Positions 39,053 to 51,246 of a stretch of DNA of 64,000 nt are shown one piece after another. The position numbers and the translations under genes were made by a program. The DNA lies in NCBI RefSeq assembly GCF_963921235.1, contig NC_086108.1, positions 88,042,001 through 88,106,000 on the forward strand, read 5' to 3'. The notes beneath the pieces are model-generated. The model saw only the letters and a list, made by a program, of their open reading frames with translations, was not told the DNA's origin and did not search any database. Source of the stretch: Mobula hypostoma (taxonomy: Eukaryota). Every line of letters starts with the position of its first letter. Within the stretch, counting starts at the first letter, position 1.

Positions 39053-39088
39053 AGTCCTGACGAAGGGTCTCGGCCTGAAACGTTGACT
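39053..39088 (+). ncRNA. Minimal hammerhead ribozyme motif in a Penelope-derived fragment (~39050-39150)
   Basis: AGTC-CTGACGA-AGGGTCTCGGCCT-GAAAC-GTT-GACT; palindromic AACGTT in place of stem III. Confidence 0.7.
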
Positions 39089-40445
39089 GTACCTCTTCCT
39101 AGAGATGCTGCCTGGCCTGCTGCGTTCACCAGCAACTTCGATGTGTGTTGTCAGAAAGGGAGCCAGTGGGTGTGCTGATTTCGACTTTCAGAAGGCTTTC
39201 AGTAGGGTGGCAAACCCAAAGTCAAAGGGTATCAAGAAGTACAGCACAGAAACAGGTCCTTCAGCCTATCTAGTCCTTGCCAAAACCATTTAAACAGCCT
39301 ACACCTTCTTCATAGAAGATTAGAGTACATACTGTAGAACTGGGGTAATATACTGGCCTGGAGTCATGTCTGGCTCTGACAGAAAACAAAGCTGGTTCGG
39401 TGTTGTGGGGAGTGTGACTTGAGTCGTGCTACTGAATTAAGATAGAACAAAAATAATTCAGTCAGTGTACAATGAATCCTTGAAATTCTGTACTCAACAG
39501 TCAGTGATATCCAGTTGCTGAGGATATTAAGTACAGTGTTTATCAATAGATTTTTGGATATTAAGGAAATAAAGGATTTTAAAATGACTACTCATCAGGT
39601 CCAGCAGAATCTACAAACTTTTTTTTATTGCGAGTAACCGATTTTTAGACTGAACTAAAACAGACATGTAACTTCAGGGAAATAAAGGACATGAGGTTGT
39701 GCAGGAAAGCAATAGTGAGGTAAGATATCAGCCATCATTTTAGTGGACAGAAAACCGGCCATGCGGGCTGAATGGCCTTCTCCTGCTTCTGTATTTCTGT
39801 CTGTTCTTATGTTCTTAGCAGAGCAAAGAGATTGTGCTATTGTCTATATAGGTTGAACTCTATGTTTCAGTGTAGAACTGAGTGGAATCAGTTTGCCACT
39901 TTAGAAGTAAGGATACAATCCCGCACTGTATGTCTTTCTTTTGTTTAATAAGGCACCTTTGCTTATTTGATTCACCAACTATTTTCCAGTGTTTTGGAGA
40001 GAGAGGGAATGAGCCAGAGGAGAGAAGAAGAGAGATGGAGAAGGGAGGAGAGGGGAAAGGGCAGAGGAGGAGAGAAAATGAGAGGACAGTAAGTAAGAAA
40101 CGAGAGAAAACAAGGCAAAAGGATGAATTGGGGGCAGGGGAAAGAAAGGTAAAGGGAGAGACACCATTGAGCACAACTACAAGCAGCACTGCCACCGAAA
40201 AGCAGGATCCATTATAAAGGACCAACACCATGCATGCCATGCTCTCTTCTCACCACTGCCTTTGGGAAGGTGACACAGGACCCTTGCATCCCACACTGCC
40301 GGGCTCAGGGACAGTCATTACCCTACAAACATCAGCCTCCTGAACCACGGTGAGTAACTTCACTCAGCTCAACTCTGAACTGATTCCACAACCCATGGGC
40401 TCACTTTCAAGGACTCTACAACTCATTTTCAGCATTATTTACTTA

Positions 40446-41365
40446 CAGTACCTTGTAAAAGTATTCAGCCCCCCCTCCCACCCCCAAACCTTTGTTCACA
40501 TAAATGAGTATTACGACTGAGGATTTTGATCAATTTAACTGAGAATTTTTATTTCTGAATCACATTCTCATTTCCCCGCCCAACACAGTTGAGCCCCAAA
40601 ACCAGGGAAAACTGTAAAGCATGAAAAACTAAAAATTTTAAATCTGAAATTGCAGCAGTTCAAAAGCATTCCCCCCACTCCCCCACTTTTGCTCAGTACT
40701 TAGTTGAGCCATCTCTCACAGCTATTACAGCCAGTAGTCTTTTTGGAAAAGTCCCTATTAGCTTTGCACAATGTGATGGAACAAGAGTTTCCCATTCCTC
40801 CTTCCAGAATTACTCACGTTGTGCCAAGTTAGCGGGGAAGCAGCAGTGGACAGCAATCTGGAGGTCTTGCCAAAGATGTTTGATCGGGTTAAGGTCAGGA
40901 CTCTGACTGGGCCATTGAAGGCCATCAATTTTCTTCATTTAATGCCACTCCATGGGTGCTCTGGCAATGTGCTTTGGGTCATTGTTCTACCGAAGGATGA
41001 ACTTCTTCCCCAGTTTAAGCTTTCTTGCAGAGACTAGTAGGGTTTTATCCAGGATCTCCCTGCACCTAATTGCATTCATCTTCCCATCAATCCTGACCAG
41101 ATTTCCAGTGCCTGCTGCTGAAAGGCACCTCCAGAGCCTGATGCTACCTCTACCATTCCTTACAGCAAGGATGATGTTACCTGGCTGATGCGAAGTATTA
41201 GATTTATGCCACACTTAGACCTGAAGCCAAAAAGTTCCACCTTAGTCTCATCTGATCACAAGACCTTCTTCCACATCTTTACAGAATCTTCTAGTGATGT
41301 TTTGCAAATTCTTTAAGGGCAAAGATTTTTTTTTGTGGGGGACTGAATACTTTCACAAGGTGCTG
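40446..41365 (-). mobile_element. Internally deleted Tc1-like DNA transposon, inserted in a Rex1-like 3' UTR (~40180-41550)
   Basis: TIRs cagtaccttgtaaaagtattcagcccc / ggggactgaatactttcacaaggtgctg; transposase remnant GSIRLWRCLSAAGTGNLVRIDGKMNA...NDPKH. Confidence 0.88.
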
Positions 41366-43288
41366 TGTGTATGTGTATATGTGTGTATAAAGTTTGTCTT
41401 TGTTTGCACATTGGGTTGTCTGTCTTTGCTTATGTGTAGTTTGTGGTTGATTCTGCAGTATTCCTTTGTTCTACAGTGAATGCCTGCAGGAAAATGGATC
41501 ACAAGGTAGTACATGGTGACATATATATAATAAATTTACTTTGAACTTTGGGACTTTCCAGAAGTGATTTGCCACCAACACACAATAATAGGATATTGAG
41601 GAATAGATATTGGCTAGACCAGACAAGAATTCCCTACTCTTATTCCAAATCCAATCATACGTAGCCTTTCTCGGATGTAGCAGCACAACATTGTGATAAG
41701 TGTATGAACGAAAGGGGAGGTGTAATTATCATAACAGGTAATTCGATGAGCAGTTTGCCCCTGAAATCAAACTGTTGTTTCTTCAGGGAATCTTACCATA
41801 AAGCCAGCAGAGTATTCCCTTGCATTTATTTTACCCCAGCTTCTACATGCCTATTTCTGACTTCAATTATACAGGACTCTTAGGAAACCACTTCAAAGGT
41901 ATTTCTATAGCAGTAAAGCACATTAGTCTTCCTGAAAAGAATTGGGTGGCCGAGAGGCACAGCTACCAAAGCACCAGAGACCTGGGTTCAAAAGAGAGAG
42001 TTTGCTTGCTCTCCTGTGACCTTGTAGTTTCCTCCGGGTCGTCTGGTTTCCTTCTACATCCTAAGGAGGTGCAGAGTAGTAGGTTAGTTGGACACTATGA
42101 GCTACCTCCACCGTGCAGATAAATAGTAGAATCTGGGGCAGTTGATGAGAATGTGGGGAGAATAAAGAAAAGGATTCGCATAGAATTAGTATAAATGTTT
42201 GGTTGCTGATCAGAGGGAACTCATTGGACCAAAGTGTTTGTTTTCATTCTGTAATGCCCAACTTTGGTGATTTTGAAAAAATCTCAAAAACCATTAATTA
42301 ACCTTAATCTTACTTCAACTCATATGAGCAACTGGTTCATATCACAAGTCCTGGTTATGCTCTACTGACAATCTCTGAAGAGCATTGAAAATGGCTGGGG
42401 TCAGCCATCTTGTAAAGACACCGCCCAGAAGAAGGCAATGGCAAGCCACTTCTGCAGAAAAATTTGCCAAGAGCAATCATGGCCATGAGACCATGATTGC
42501 CTGTATTTTATGACATGGCACATCGTGATGGTGATGACTTCGACTACCTTTGCTTTTACTTCTACTGTTTGGACCTATGAAAAGTTAGTATATCCAGTTC
42601 TGAAAGACTTCCCTCTAAAGGTCATGCTGTTATCTATACAGATCACAGGCCTCTTCCTTGTATCTGCTGTTTCCATGGAGTACAGTCTTTCCTCAAAATC
42701 TTCCTGTAGCCCTTATCCTTCAATATCTGACCACCGAGTGCATGGCTCACACTCCTCTGGATGTGTTGATAATGAGCAATGAAGTGCGGTGAGAAGAGAT
42801 ACGTGTGAGGCATTATCAGTAACACACAGATACAGGACTGAAGGGTTTGTGAAATTCAGTGCAATTCTCTGTCATATTGTCATTGTAAGAATTCTTATTA
42901 GTTTTGAAAAAAATAATCAATAAGTTGTTGATTTTATATATTTAAAAAAAATGTGGCATCAGTCTCCTGAGCTATTCTTGGGTGGACAGTGGTGTAAATC
43001 TTTACAGGGCCAGCATCGGTGATGTGTGTTCATTTCCTCAAGGTGCTCTGGTGACCTCCCATATTTTAAAGACGCACGACTTAGTAAAACACGAGCATGC
43101 TATGTTGGCGCTGGAAGCATGATGACATTTCCTCAGCACATTCTCGCACTGCACTGATCGTTGACGTAAATGACTCGTTTTACTGTATGTTTCAATGTAC
43201 ATGTGACAAATAAAGCTAACCTCTCTTTAATCTTTAACTCGGGCTTGCAACGTCTACAAATGAGAGCACTGCTTCTTAGAAAACTCAC

Positions 43289-43434
43289 CTTTAGAATTAC
43301 ATTGGTTGGCTTACGGATCTGTATTTCTCCATTGATGGGCAACGGTATAGCTGAAGAAGAACATCTCATTATGGGACTTGACTTGAGGTTCAATTCAACT
43401 TCGGTAAATGTGTCCAGTATCTTAGGAATGTGAT
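43289..43434 (-). CDS. tie1: Tie1 exon, Ig3 domain N-terminal half (146 nt, phase 1-0)
   Basis: DHIPKILDTFTEVELNLKSSPIMRCSSSAIPLPINGEIQIRKPTNVILK; gtgagt donor. Confidence 0.92.
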
Positions 43435-44740
43435 CTTCAAAGGGAAAACAAAAACCAGCCAAATATTACTAAATATCTCTAAATAGATCACAGTTTACTT
43501 ATCAGGTAGTGAAAATTCTACCAAGTGCACAAGCTAATATATGGAAGTCATCACTGTCAATGTTTCGAGCATTTCCAAAATCCTGGCCGCTCCAGGAACA
43601 AGATCATTTACTTTTTGGCATTTCTCCTTGTACTTGTTGTGGGAACATGGGCTTAGCTGGCAAAACTGCCATTTAATCTTCCACTCAGTTCGAAGTGTTC
43701 AGAGAAGATGATGGGTGCGGGTGGACCTTCTGTCAGAATCACAGAGAGACTCGACGCTCTACAGTAGCATAAAGGTTAGCACAATGGTTTACAGTACAGG
43801 CAATCTGAGTTCAATACCCGCCACTGCCTGTCAGGAGCTTGAACGCTTTCCCCACATCAGTGTGGCCCTCCTCCGAGCGTCCCGGTTTCCAACCACAGTC
43901 CAAAGACATACCGGTGGACAGGTTAATTGGTCATTGTAAGTTGTCCCGTGATTAGGCTCGGATTAAATTGGGGGATTGTTGTGTGGCACAGCTCGAAGGG
44001 CCAGAAGGGCCTGTTCCGTGCTGTATCTCAATAAATAAACAAATATATAAATAAATTTAGCTGCTTGCCAATGAATTTCAGAAAGGTACTGATGATGCCA
44101 GAAGCCTGAAATAAAACAAGAAATGCAGGAAAAAAACTCATCAGGCCGCATCCGAGGGAAGAGAAACAGTTAGCGTTTCAGGTCTGGCATCAATTCTGCT
44201 GCTTGACCTGTTGAGTATTTCCAGAATGCCACCCCAAAGGCAGTTAAGAACGAACAGTGACACTCTGGGGACCACACCATACAGGCTCCACCTAATGGAC
44301 ACAGGTCAATCTGTTGGGCATTTTGTCACTTTTACTGATAACTCTGACTTCTCTTTCTAGATTTAAAAATTGTAAGATTTGAATCTTGTCAAACTGCAGT
44401 TGAGCTGGGATTTTGGCACACACTCCACTGAATTGTTAGTCTAGAGCTGTTTTAACCAAACCTAAAGCCAGGCCAGGAATAGAAATTAACAAAATTTTAT
44501 TTCAATACTATTGAGTAAATCATGGAATAGTGAACACTAATGGGTGATGAATCAATGTCTTTTGCACTTTGGTTGTTTGTCAGTCATTGTTTATGTGTAG
44601 TTTTTCATTGATTCTTTTGTATTTCTTGATTCTACTTTGAATGCCTGCAAGAAAATGAATCTCAAGGTAGTATATGATGATATACATGTACTTTGATAAT
44701 AAATTTACTTTGAACTTTGAATCAAGGTTATTTAAATCTT

Positions 44741-44749
44741 GCGCGCGCG

Positions 44750-44810
<61 letters not shown>
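44741..44810. repeat. Compound microsatellite (GC)n(AC)n(AT)n
   Basis: Read directly from the sequence. Confidence 0.95.
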
Positions 44811-45021
44811 TGCATGCTTGTTGATAATCTCAAATTGAAGTAAAAAGAAAATCATTTTTTAAAGATGCGGTGCTCTCTGGAACAAACAACCACTTTTTCA
44901 AAGAAAGTACATACACATGTGCATTCCAAGAAAAGCACATGCAAGCACTCACGCGCATGTGCGCACACACACACGCCTTTCTAAGCACCTTTACACGCGT
45001 ATCGCACACAATGTCTGATAC

Positions 45022-45150
45022 CTGATTTCTCACAGTTTAGGCCGCGCCATCCGGCTGTGCATTTACACCCACGGAATCGATCACATTCTGCTCCATTCTG
45101 ACACTGACATTTCAGCCTACATTCAGGTCCATAGGTGTTTGGGCTACAAA
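45022..45150 (-). CDS. tie1: Tie1 exon, EGF-like domain 3 (129 nt)
   Basis: CSPNTYGPECRLKCQCQNGAECDRFRGCKCTAGWRGLNCEKS; ctcag acceptor, gtatca donor. Confidence 0.94.
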
Positions 45151-47417
45151 CTGAGAACATACTTTAATTAGGTCAAGCCAAAAAAGAACATCTTAGATCA
45201 CAACCTCTTTGCCATTAAAGATAACAGTCATATTCATTTAGTGCAGCTACAAGTGTATAAATAGGATTGCTTTAGAATAATAATTCAGCATGGACTAGAT
45301 GGGCCAAAGGATAGCTCCTGAGCCGCAGCACTCTATATGACTCTATGATTTTATGGTCTAAACTACAGGTGCCTTTGGCGAATCATTTTGCAGTGATCTG
45401 TCACCAACACTTTGTGTATTAGTTGTTTCTATAACTGCACACTGCACCCGGGAAACCAGAAATGACCAGGAATCACACCTGACCCTCTGCTCTGCTGCTG
45501 GGATCACAGATGAAATGCTAAATGCACTTCATACCCAATGTTTGCCCAGGGAACTTCCTTTCATGAAACAGACAGCCTCACTTTCCAGGATTCTACATAT
45601 TCATGTTCTCACCGTTATTTCTCTTTCTTTCTCTCTCTCTCTCTCTCACGTTGGTGTGGAAGAGTTTGTTACCGATTCTCGGGTCGGAGAACTCGGGTGG
45701 TGGCGGGGGGGGGGTGGAAGCGATGCGATTGACTCTCTCATCGCAAATCAGCGAGTTGTTTTGTTAAGCCTCCCCTCTCACTGTGAATTGTCAGGTGAAC
45801 AATTAGTTTTCGTTGTACTGCTGATCATATTCTCTCTTGGGGGCTTTGCTATTTGCTTGCTTGGTGGGTGGAGGGTGTTGATGCTTTTTTTGCTGAAGTA
45901 ATTGGGGTTGGGGGAGGGTTGTTGCTTTACTGCTGCTTGTATGTGTGGGTGGGGAGAAGTAGGGGGCTTTGGGGTTCTAATGGTGTTACTCTAATTCTTT
46001 GGGGCACTCTCCTGTTTTCATGGATGCCTGTGAAGAACAAGAATTTCAGGTTGTATATTGCATACATTTTTTTGATATTAAATGGAAATATTGAAACTGT
46101 TTAAAAAATTTTTAATTTGCACAATTCGCTTTCTTCTGCACATTGGTTGTTTGTCAGTCTTTATGTATAATTTTCATAAATACTATTGCATTTTTTAATT
46201 TTCCTGTAAATACCTGCAAGAAAATGGATAACAGGGTACTACGTGGTGACATGCACGTGCCTCAATAATCTATTTATTTTGACTTTAAACCTGTACAGTT
46301 AATAAATCTAATTGCGTGTTTCAGCGGCCAGGGCAAGGTTGAAGGTGCTCAGCAGAGGATGGTGCTCGGGAGGCTGGCCGGAGGCTCGAAGTTTTTGGGC
46401 GGACTCAGAGTTGGCTGTCGGGTGCTTCCATGCATCGGCAGTTGTCAGTGCTTGGAGGATTGTGGCAGGGAGAGTTTCTCCCTTTTTGCCGCCTGCTATC
46501 GGGGACTATCGGAGTCGATCGGGACTTTGAGACTTTTTTTTACCATGCCCATGGTCTGCTCTTCATCAAATTATGGTATTGTTTTGCACTGCTGTAACTA
46601 TATGTTATAATTATGTGGTCTTGTCAGTGTTAGTCTTTGGTTTGTCCTGTTTTTTTTTGTGATATCACTGGAGGAACATTGTATCATTTTTTAAGCATGC
46701 ACTTCTAAATGACAATAAATGAGGACTGAGTGTCCTCATAATCTAATTCCTTCTTGCAGTAAACAACTGAATTAAAAAAAGAGTACCTGACTTAAATAAA
46801 CAACACCTAAAATAATGGAGCAAGTCAGCCAGAGGGGAACTAACAGTCAGTGTTTCGGGCCGAGACCCGTCATTAGGACTGAATTCAATATCCGTTTGCA
46901 GGGTTTGACTTGAAACTTGATCAAATCATTTCCCTGCACAGATGCTGCTTGATCTACTGAGTTCCTGCAGCAGATTTCTCATTGCTCTAACATCTGCAGT
47001 GCTGTGCGTCTCTCAGCCGAATTGAAATCTGGGACATCTTCCAGACTCCTGCACAGTGCAGGAAACAAAAATGCTGGTGGAAAGCAGTGGGCAGGTTAAG
47101 ACTCTTTGTCTAGACTCAAAAAGTGCAGTTGTCATTGCAAAAATGAAGTTTTTCTTTTCTGTTCTGTTTGAGTTTGTGCCAGAGGGAATCGCTGTACAAA
47201 CACTATCTTGAACATTTCCATTCCAGTGGCCAGTGAACATTGGTGCTTAGGTATATTAAGGGAAATCCTATCATTGTTGCATGATTAATGCTTTCAAGTT
47301 CACTGATGTGCTTGATATGCAGGATAAGACCTCCTCGCTCCATCTTCTCAGGAAGACTTGTATATAAATAGCAGTTCTTATAAAACCCTCAGGACATCAC
47401 TAAGCTTTTCACAGCCA

Positions 47418-48307
47418 GTTCGTAACACAAAATAATCTGCAGGTGCTGGGAACCCCACCACCAAGCACATCTTTCCCTCTCCACCCTTCTCCGCTTTCCG
47501 CAGGGATCCTTCCCTCCGCGACTCCCTGGTCCACACGTCCCTCCCCACAGATCTCCCACCCGGCACTTATCCCTGCAAGCGCAAGTACTACACCTGTCCC
47601 TACACCTCCTCTCGTGCCACCTTCCAGGTGAGGCAACACTTCACTTGTGAGTCTGTTGGGGTCATCTATTGCATCCGGTGCAGCTTCCTCTACATCGGTG
47701 AAACCCGACGCAGATTGGGGGACCGTTTTGTCGAACATCTCCGCTCCGTCCGCCACAACAGACAGGATCTCTCGGTTGCCACCCACTTCAACTCTGCTTC
47801 ACATTCCCATTTGGATATATCCATACATGACCTCCTCTACTGCCATGATGAGGCTAAACTCAGGATGGACGAACAACACCTCATATACCATCTGTGTAGT
47901 CTCCAGCCCCTTGGTATGAACACTGAATTCTCCAACTTCCGGTAATTCCCTCCCCCTCCCTTCCCCATCCCAGTTTCACTCTGCCCCCTCCCCCAACTGC
48001 CTATCATCTCCCTCATGGTTCCGCCTCTTTCCACTACCTATTGTGCTTTCCCCTATTCCTTCTTCACCTTTCCTGCCTATCACCTCCCTGTTTTCCCTCC
48101 CCCACCCCTTTATCATTTCCCTTACTGGTTTTTCACCTGGCACCTACCAGCCTTTTCCTTCCCACTCTCCCCCCACCTTCTTAATAGGGCCTCTGCCCCT
48201 TCCCTCTTCAGTCCTGACGAAGGGTTCTGGCCTGAAACATCGACTGATCTTTTCCACGAATGTTGCCCGACCTGCTGAGTTCCTCCAGGGTGTTGTGAGT
48301 GTTGCTC
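47418..48307 (+). mobile_element. Penelope-like element, 3' part with GIY-YIG endonuclease remnant
   Basis: FTCESVGVIYCIRC..LYIGETRRRLGDRFVEHLRSV...VATHFNS..H...GMNTEF; 10 bp TSD ttcacagcca (47408-47417, 48308-48317); short inverted terminal piece at the 5' end. Confidence 0.88.
48208..48247 (+). ncRNA. Minimal type I hammerhead ribozyme motif in the Penelope terminal repeat
   Basis: TCAGTC-CTGACGA-AGGGTTCTGGCCT-GAAAC-ATC-GACTGA: stem I TCAGTC/GACTGA, CUGANGA and GAAA core, NUH triplet. Confidence 0.7.
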
Positions 48308-48332
48308 TTCACAGCCAATTGCTGGTCACTAT

Positions 48333-49367
48333 TGTAATGGATTCCGGTTAACTGGGCAATCAGTTAATAGGGCCGGCTGTTTATTTGGGACTACTCTTAA
48401 AGTTGACTCTATTATGCTTATTGGATTTATTGAGTACACCCACAAGAAAACAAATCTCAGGGTTGTATACGGTGACATATACGTACATTGATAACAAATT
48501 GACTTTGAACTTTAAAGGCCAAAAACTAAATTGAGAAACTAACCAGGATTCCCTTTGTTAATTTGGGACACAATGCCCCTTAAATAGGGCAGGAGAATGT
48601 TGTCAAACAGTTTCTAACTAGCAATACACACAAAATGCTGGAGGAACTCAGCAGGCCAGGCAGCATCAATGGAAAATAGCACTGTTGATGTTTTGGCCGA
48701 GACCCTTCGTGTACGTTGCTTGGATTTCCAACATCTGCAGATTTTCTCTTGTTTGTAGTTTCTAACTAGCGTCAGTCACATGTATTTGCATGGCCGTTGT
48801 ACACTACACTGTGCTCAGAGTGATCAGATTTTAAATAGTGTCTCTTTGTGTTCAAAAAGCAGTGATTTTACTTGGAGAGAAATAAACAGTAAGACAACTC
48901 AGAACTGTTTTGCTCACTGTTGTTTCAAGCATTCAGGCTTGGAGATGGTGGAAATAGCCAGGAGTGAAAATGAAACAAATTCACTATTTCAGTAAGTTAG
49001 GAGTTATGAAGGTATCGACAATAATTTTGAATGTACAATGAAAATGAAGATTTGGAGGATGCAGTGGTCTAAAGCATTGTATGAAGGTGGTCCATTATCT
49101 GCACTAGGTGCTTGCACTGATTTTGTTCACTTAAAGTCAATCAAAAGAACACAGCAGATGAAGTCCTCTGTCGCTAACTATTTGAAACAAATACACAGTT
49201 TTAAAGTACTGTAGAGATATTGGTAGTGTTCTAATTTCTCATGTATTTCATGTAAATACACAAATTGTTACTTAGTTAAATGGTATTTTGTCTTTTTTAT
49301 GGCTTTGAACTGGCTAATTGGGCCAAAATGTGCTGGTCCCAATGTGTCCCAATACCAGAATCCACAG
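48333..49367 (+). mobile_element. Pogo/Tigger-like DNA transposon remnant with nested inserts
   Basis: Degenerate TIRs tggattccggttaactggg / cccaataccagaatccacag+TA; peptide WREINSKTTQNCFAHCCF; nested Penelope fragment 48623-48756 with 14 bp TSD agtttctaactagc. Confidence 0.6.
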
Positions 49368-49599
49368 TATAAGGAAATGTATGGACTAATATGCCCATAG
49401 CTATCTCCCACAAACAACAATGTGATAATGACCCACATTGAAACAAATGCCCTGCAACTATCTGGAAGAGTTCCTCTTGCCACGTCAAATTTTGTCACTT
49501 CATCATTTCCTGTCAGAGTCACCTTATATACAGACACTTGTGGACCAAGAATCATCTTATATACATACAGTCAGACTACGTATATAAGCTAACCTTATA

Positions 49600-50735
49600 A
49601 GACTGTGAGACATAAGAGCAGAATTAGGCCATTGAGTTCACTCTGCCATTCAATCATGGCTGATCCATTTTTTCCCTTCCTCAACCCCATTTCCCGGCCT
49701 TCTCCCCGTAACCTTTGATGCTGTGTCCAATCAGGAACCTATCAATATCTGCCTTAAGTACACCCAAAAAACTTGGCCTCCACAGCTGCACGTGGTAACA
49801 AATTCCACAAGTTCACCATCACCTAGCTAAAGAAATTTCTCTGCATCTGTTTTAAGTGGACACCCTTCTACCCTGAGGCTGTGCCCTCTTGTCCTAGACA
49901 ACCCACAATGAGAAACATGGGTGCATTATAAAGCCTCAGCATCACATCCTTGCTCTTGTATTCAAGACCTCTTGAAATAAATGCCAACATGGAATTTGCC
50001 TTCCTCACCACTGACTGAACCTGCAAGTTAACCTTTAGGGTGCACCACACAAGGACTCCAAGATTTTTGGATTTTCTTCCCGTTTAGAAAATAGTCTGCA
50101 CATTTATTTCTACTACCAAAGTGTATGACCATGCATTTTCCAACATTACATTTCATTTGCCACTTTCTTGCCCATTCTCCCAATCTGTCCAAGTCCTTCT
50201 GCAGCCTACCTGTTTCTGCAACACTACCTGCCCCTCTACCAATCTTTGTATCATCTGAAAACTTGGCAACAAAGCCATCTATCCATCATCTAAATCATTG
50301 ATATACAGCATAAAAAGCAGTCTCAACACCAACCCCTGCGGAACACCACTAGTCACTAGCAGTCAACCAGACAAGGATCCTTTTATTACCAATCTCTGCC
50401 TCCTACCAATCAGCCAAAACTCTCACCATGTTAGTAACTTTCCTATAATACCATGGGCTGTTAACTTGATAAGCAGCCTTATGTGTGGTACCTTGTCAAA
50501 GGCCTTCTGAGAGTCCAAATATACAACATCTACTGCATACCCTTTATCTATCCTACTTGTAACCTCCTCAAAGAATTCCAACAGGTTAATCAGGCAAGAT
50601 TGTCCCTTCAGGAAATCACGTCGACTTTGTCCTATCTTGTCCTGTGTCACCAAGTACTCCATAACCTCATCCTTAACAATTGACTCCAACATCTTCCCAA
50701 CCACTGAGGTCGGGCTAACTGGTCTATATAATTTC
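49600..50735 (-). mobile_element. CR1-like LINE, internally deleted
   Basis: YRPVSPTSVVGKMLESI...SCLINLLEFFEEVT...YLDSQKAFDKVPH. Confidence 0.88.
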
Positions 50736-51128
50736 CTTTTTGCTGCCTTCCTCCTTATGTCCATTATTATCAACCACCAATCACAGCCACCACTTACACA
50801 TATCCACCCTGCACCCTGCACCCTTTGGAGAACATTATCTCAACTTGAAAGATCGCACTATCAACCATGTGTGCGTGTGTGTGTGTACACACACACACAT
50901 ATTATATATATATATACACACACACACACCTTATGTATATATGGCCACACTGAAACAATTCCTTGTTCGTTATGTTTTATTGGATTGCTTTTATACCTGT
51001 ATTTTCTTCTTGTTTTTTTTTAATGAATTTTAATGCTCATTGTGTTGCATCAGATCCAGAGTAACAATCCTTTTGTTCTCCTTTACACTTGTGCACTAAG
51101 AATGACAATACACAGTCTTGAATACTGA

Positions 51129-51246
51129 TTGAGGGATGAATATTGGCCAGAACACCAGTGATCACTCTTGAAAACAGTGATGGGATCTTTAATATCCACC
51201 TGAGAGAACAGATGTAGCCCCAGTTTAGTTTCTCATTTGAAAAACT
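51129..51246 (-). mobile_element. Deu-domain SINE remnant (SacSINE1/AmnSINE1-like)
   Basis: ttgagggatgaatattggccag...atgggatctttaatatccacctgagag..cagatg...gttta.tttctcat, matching the reverse complement of the Deu core as I recall it; weaker copies at ~41595-41650 and ~8588-8640. Confidence 0.6.

Noticed and set aside
39860..40240. Charged or hydrophobic ORFs on both strands
   Set aside because: Low-complexity purine-rich tract running into a LINE 3' fragment
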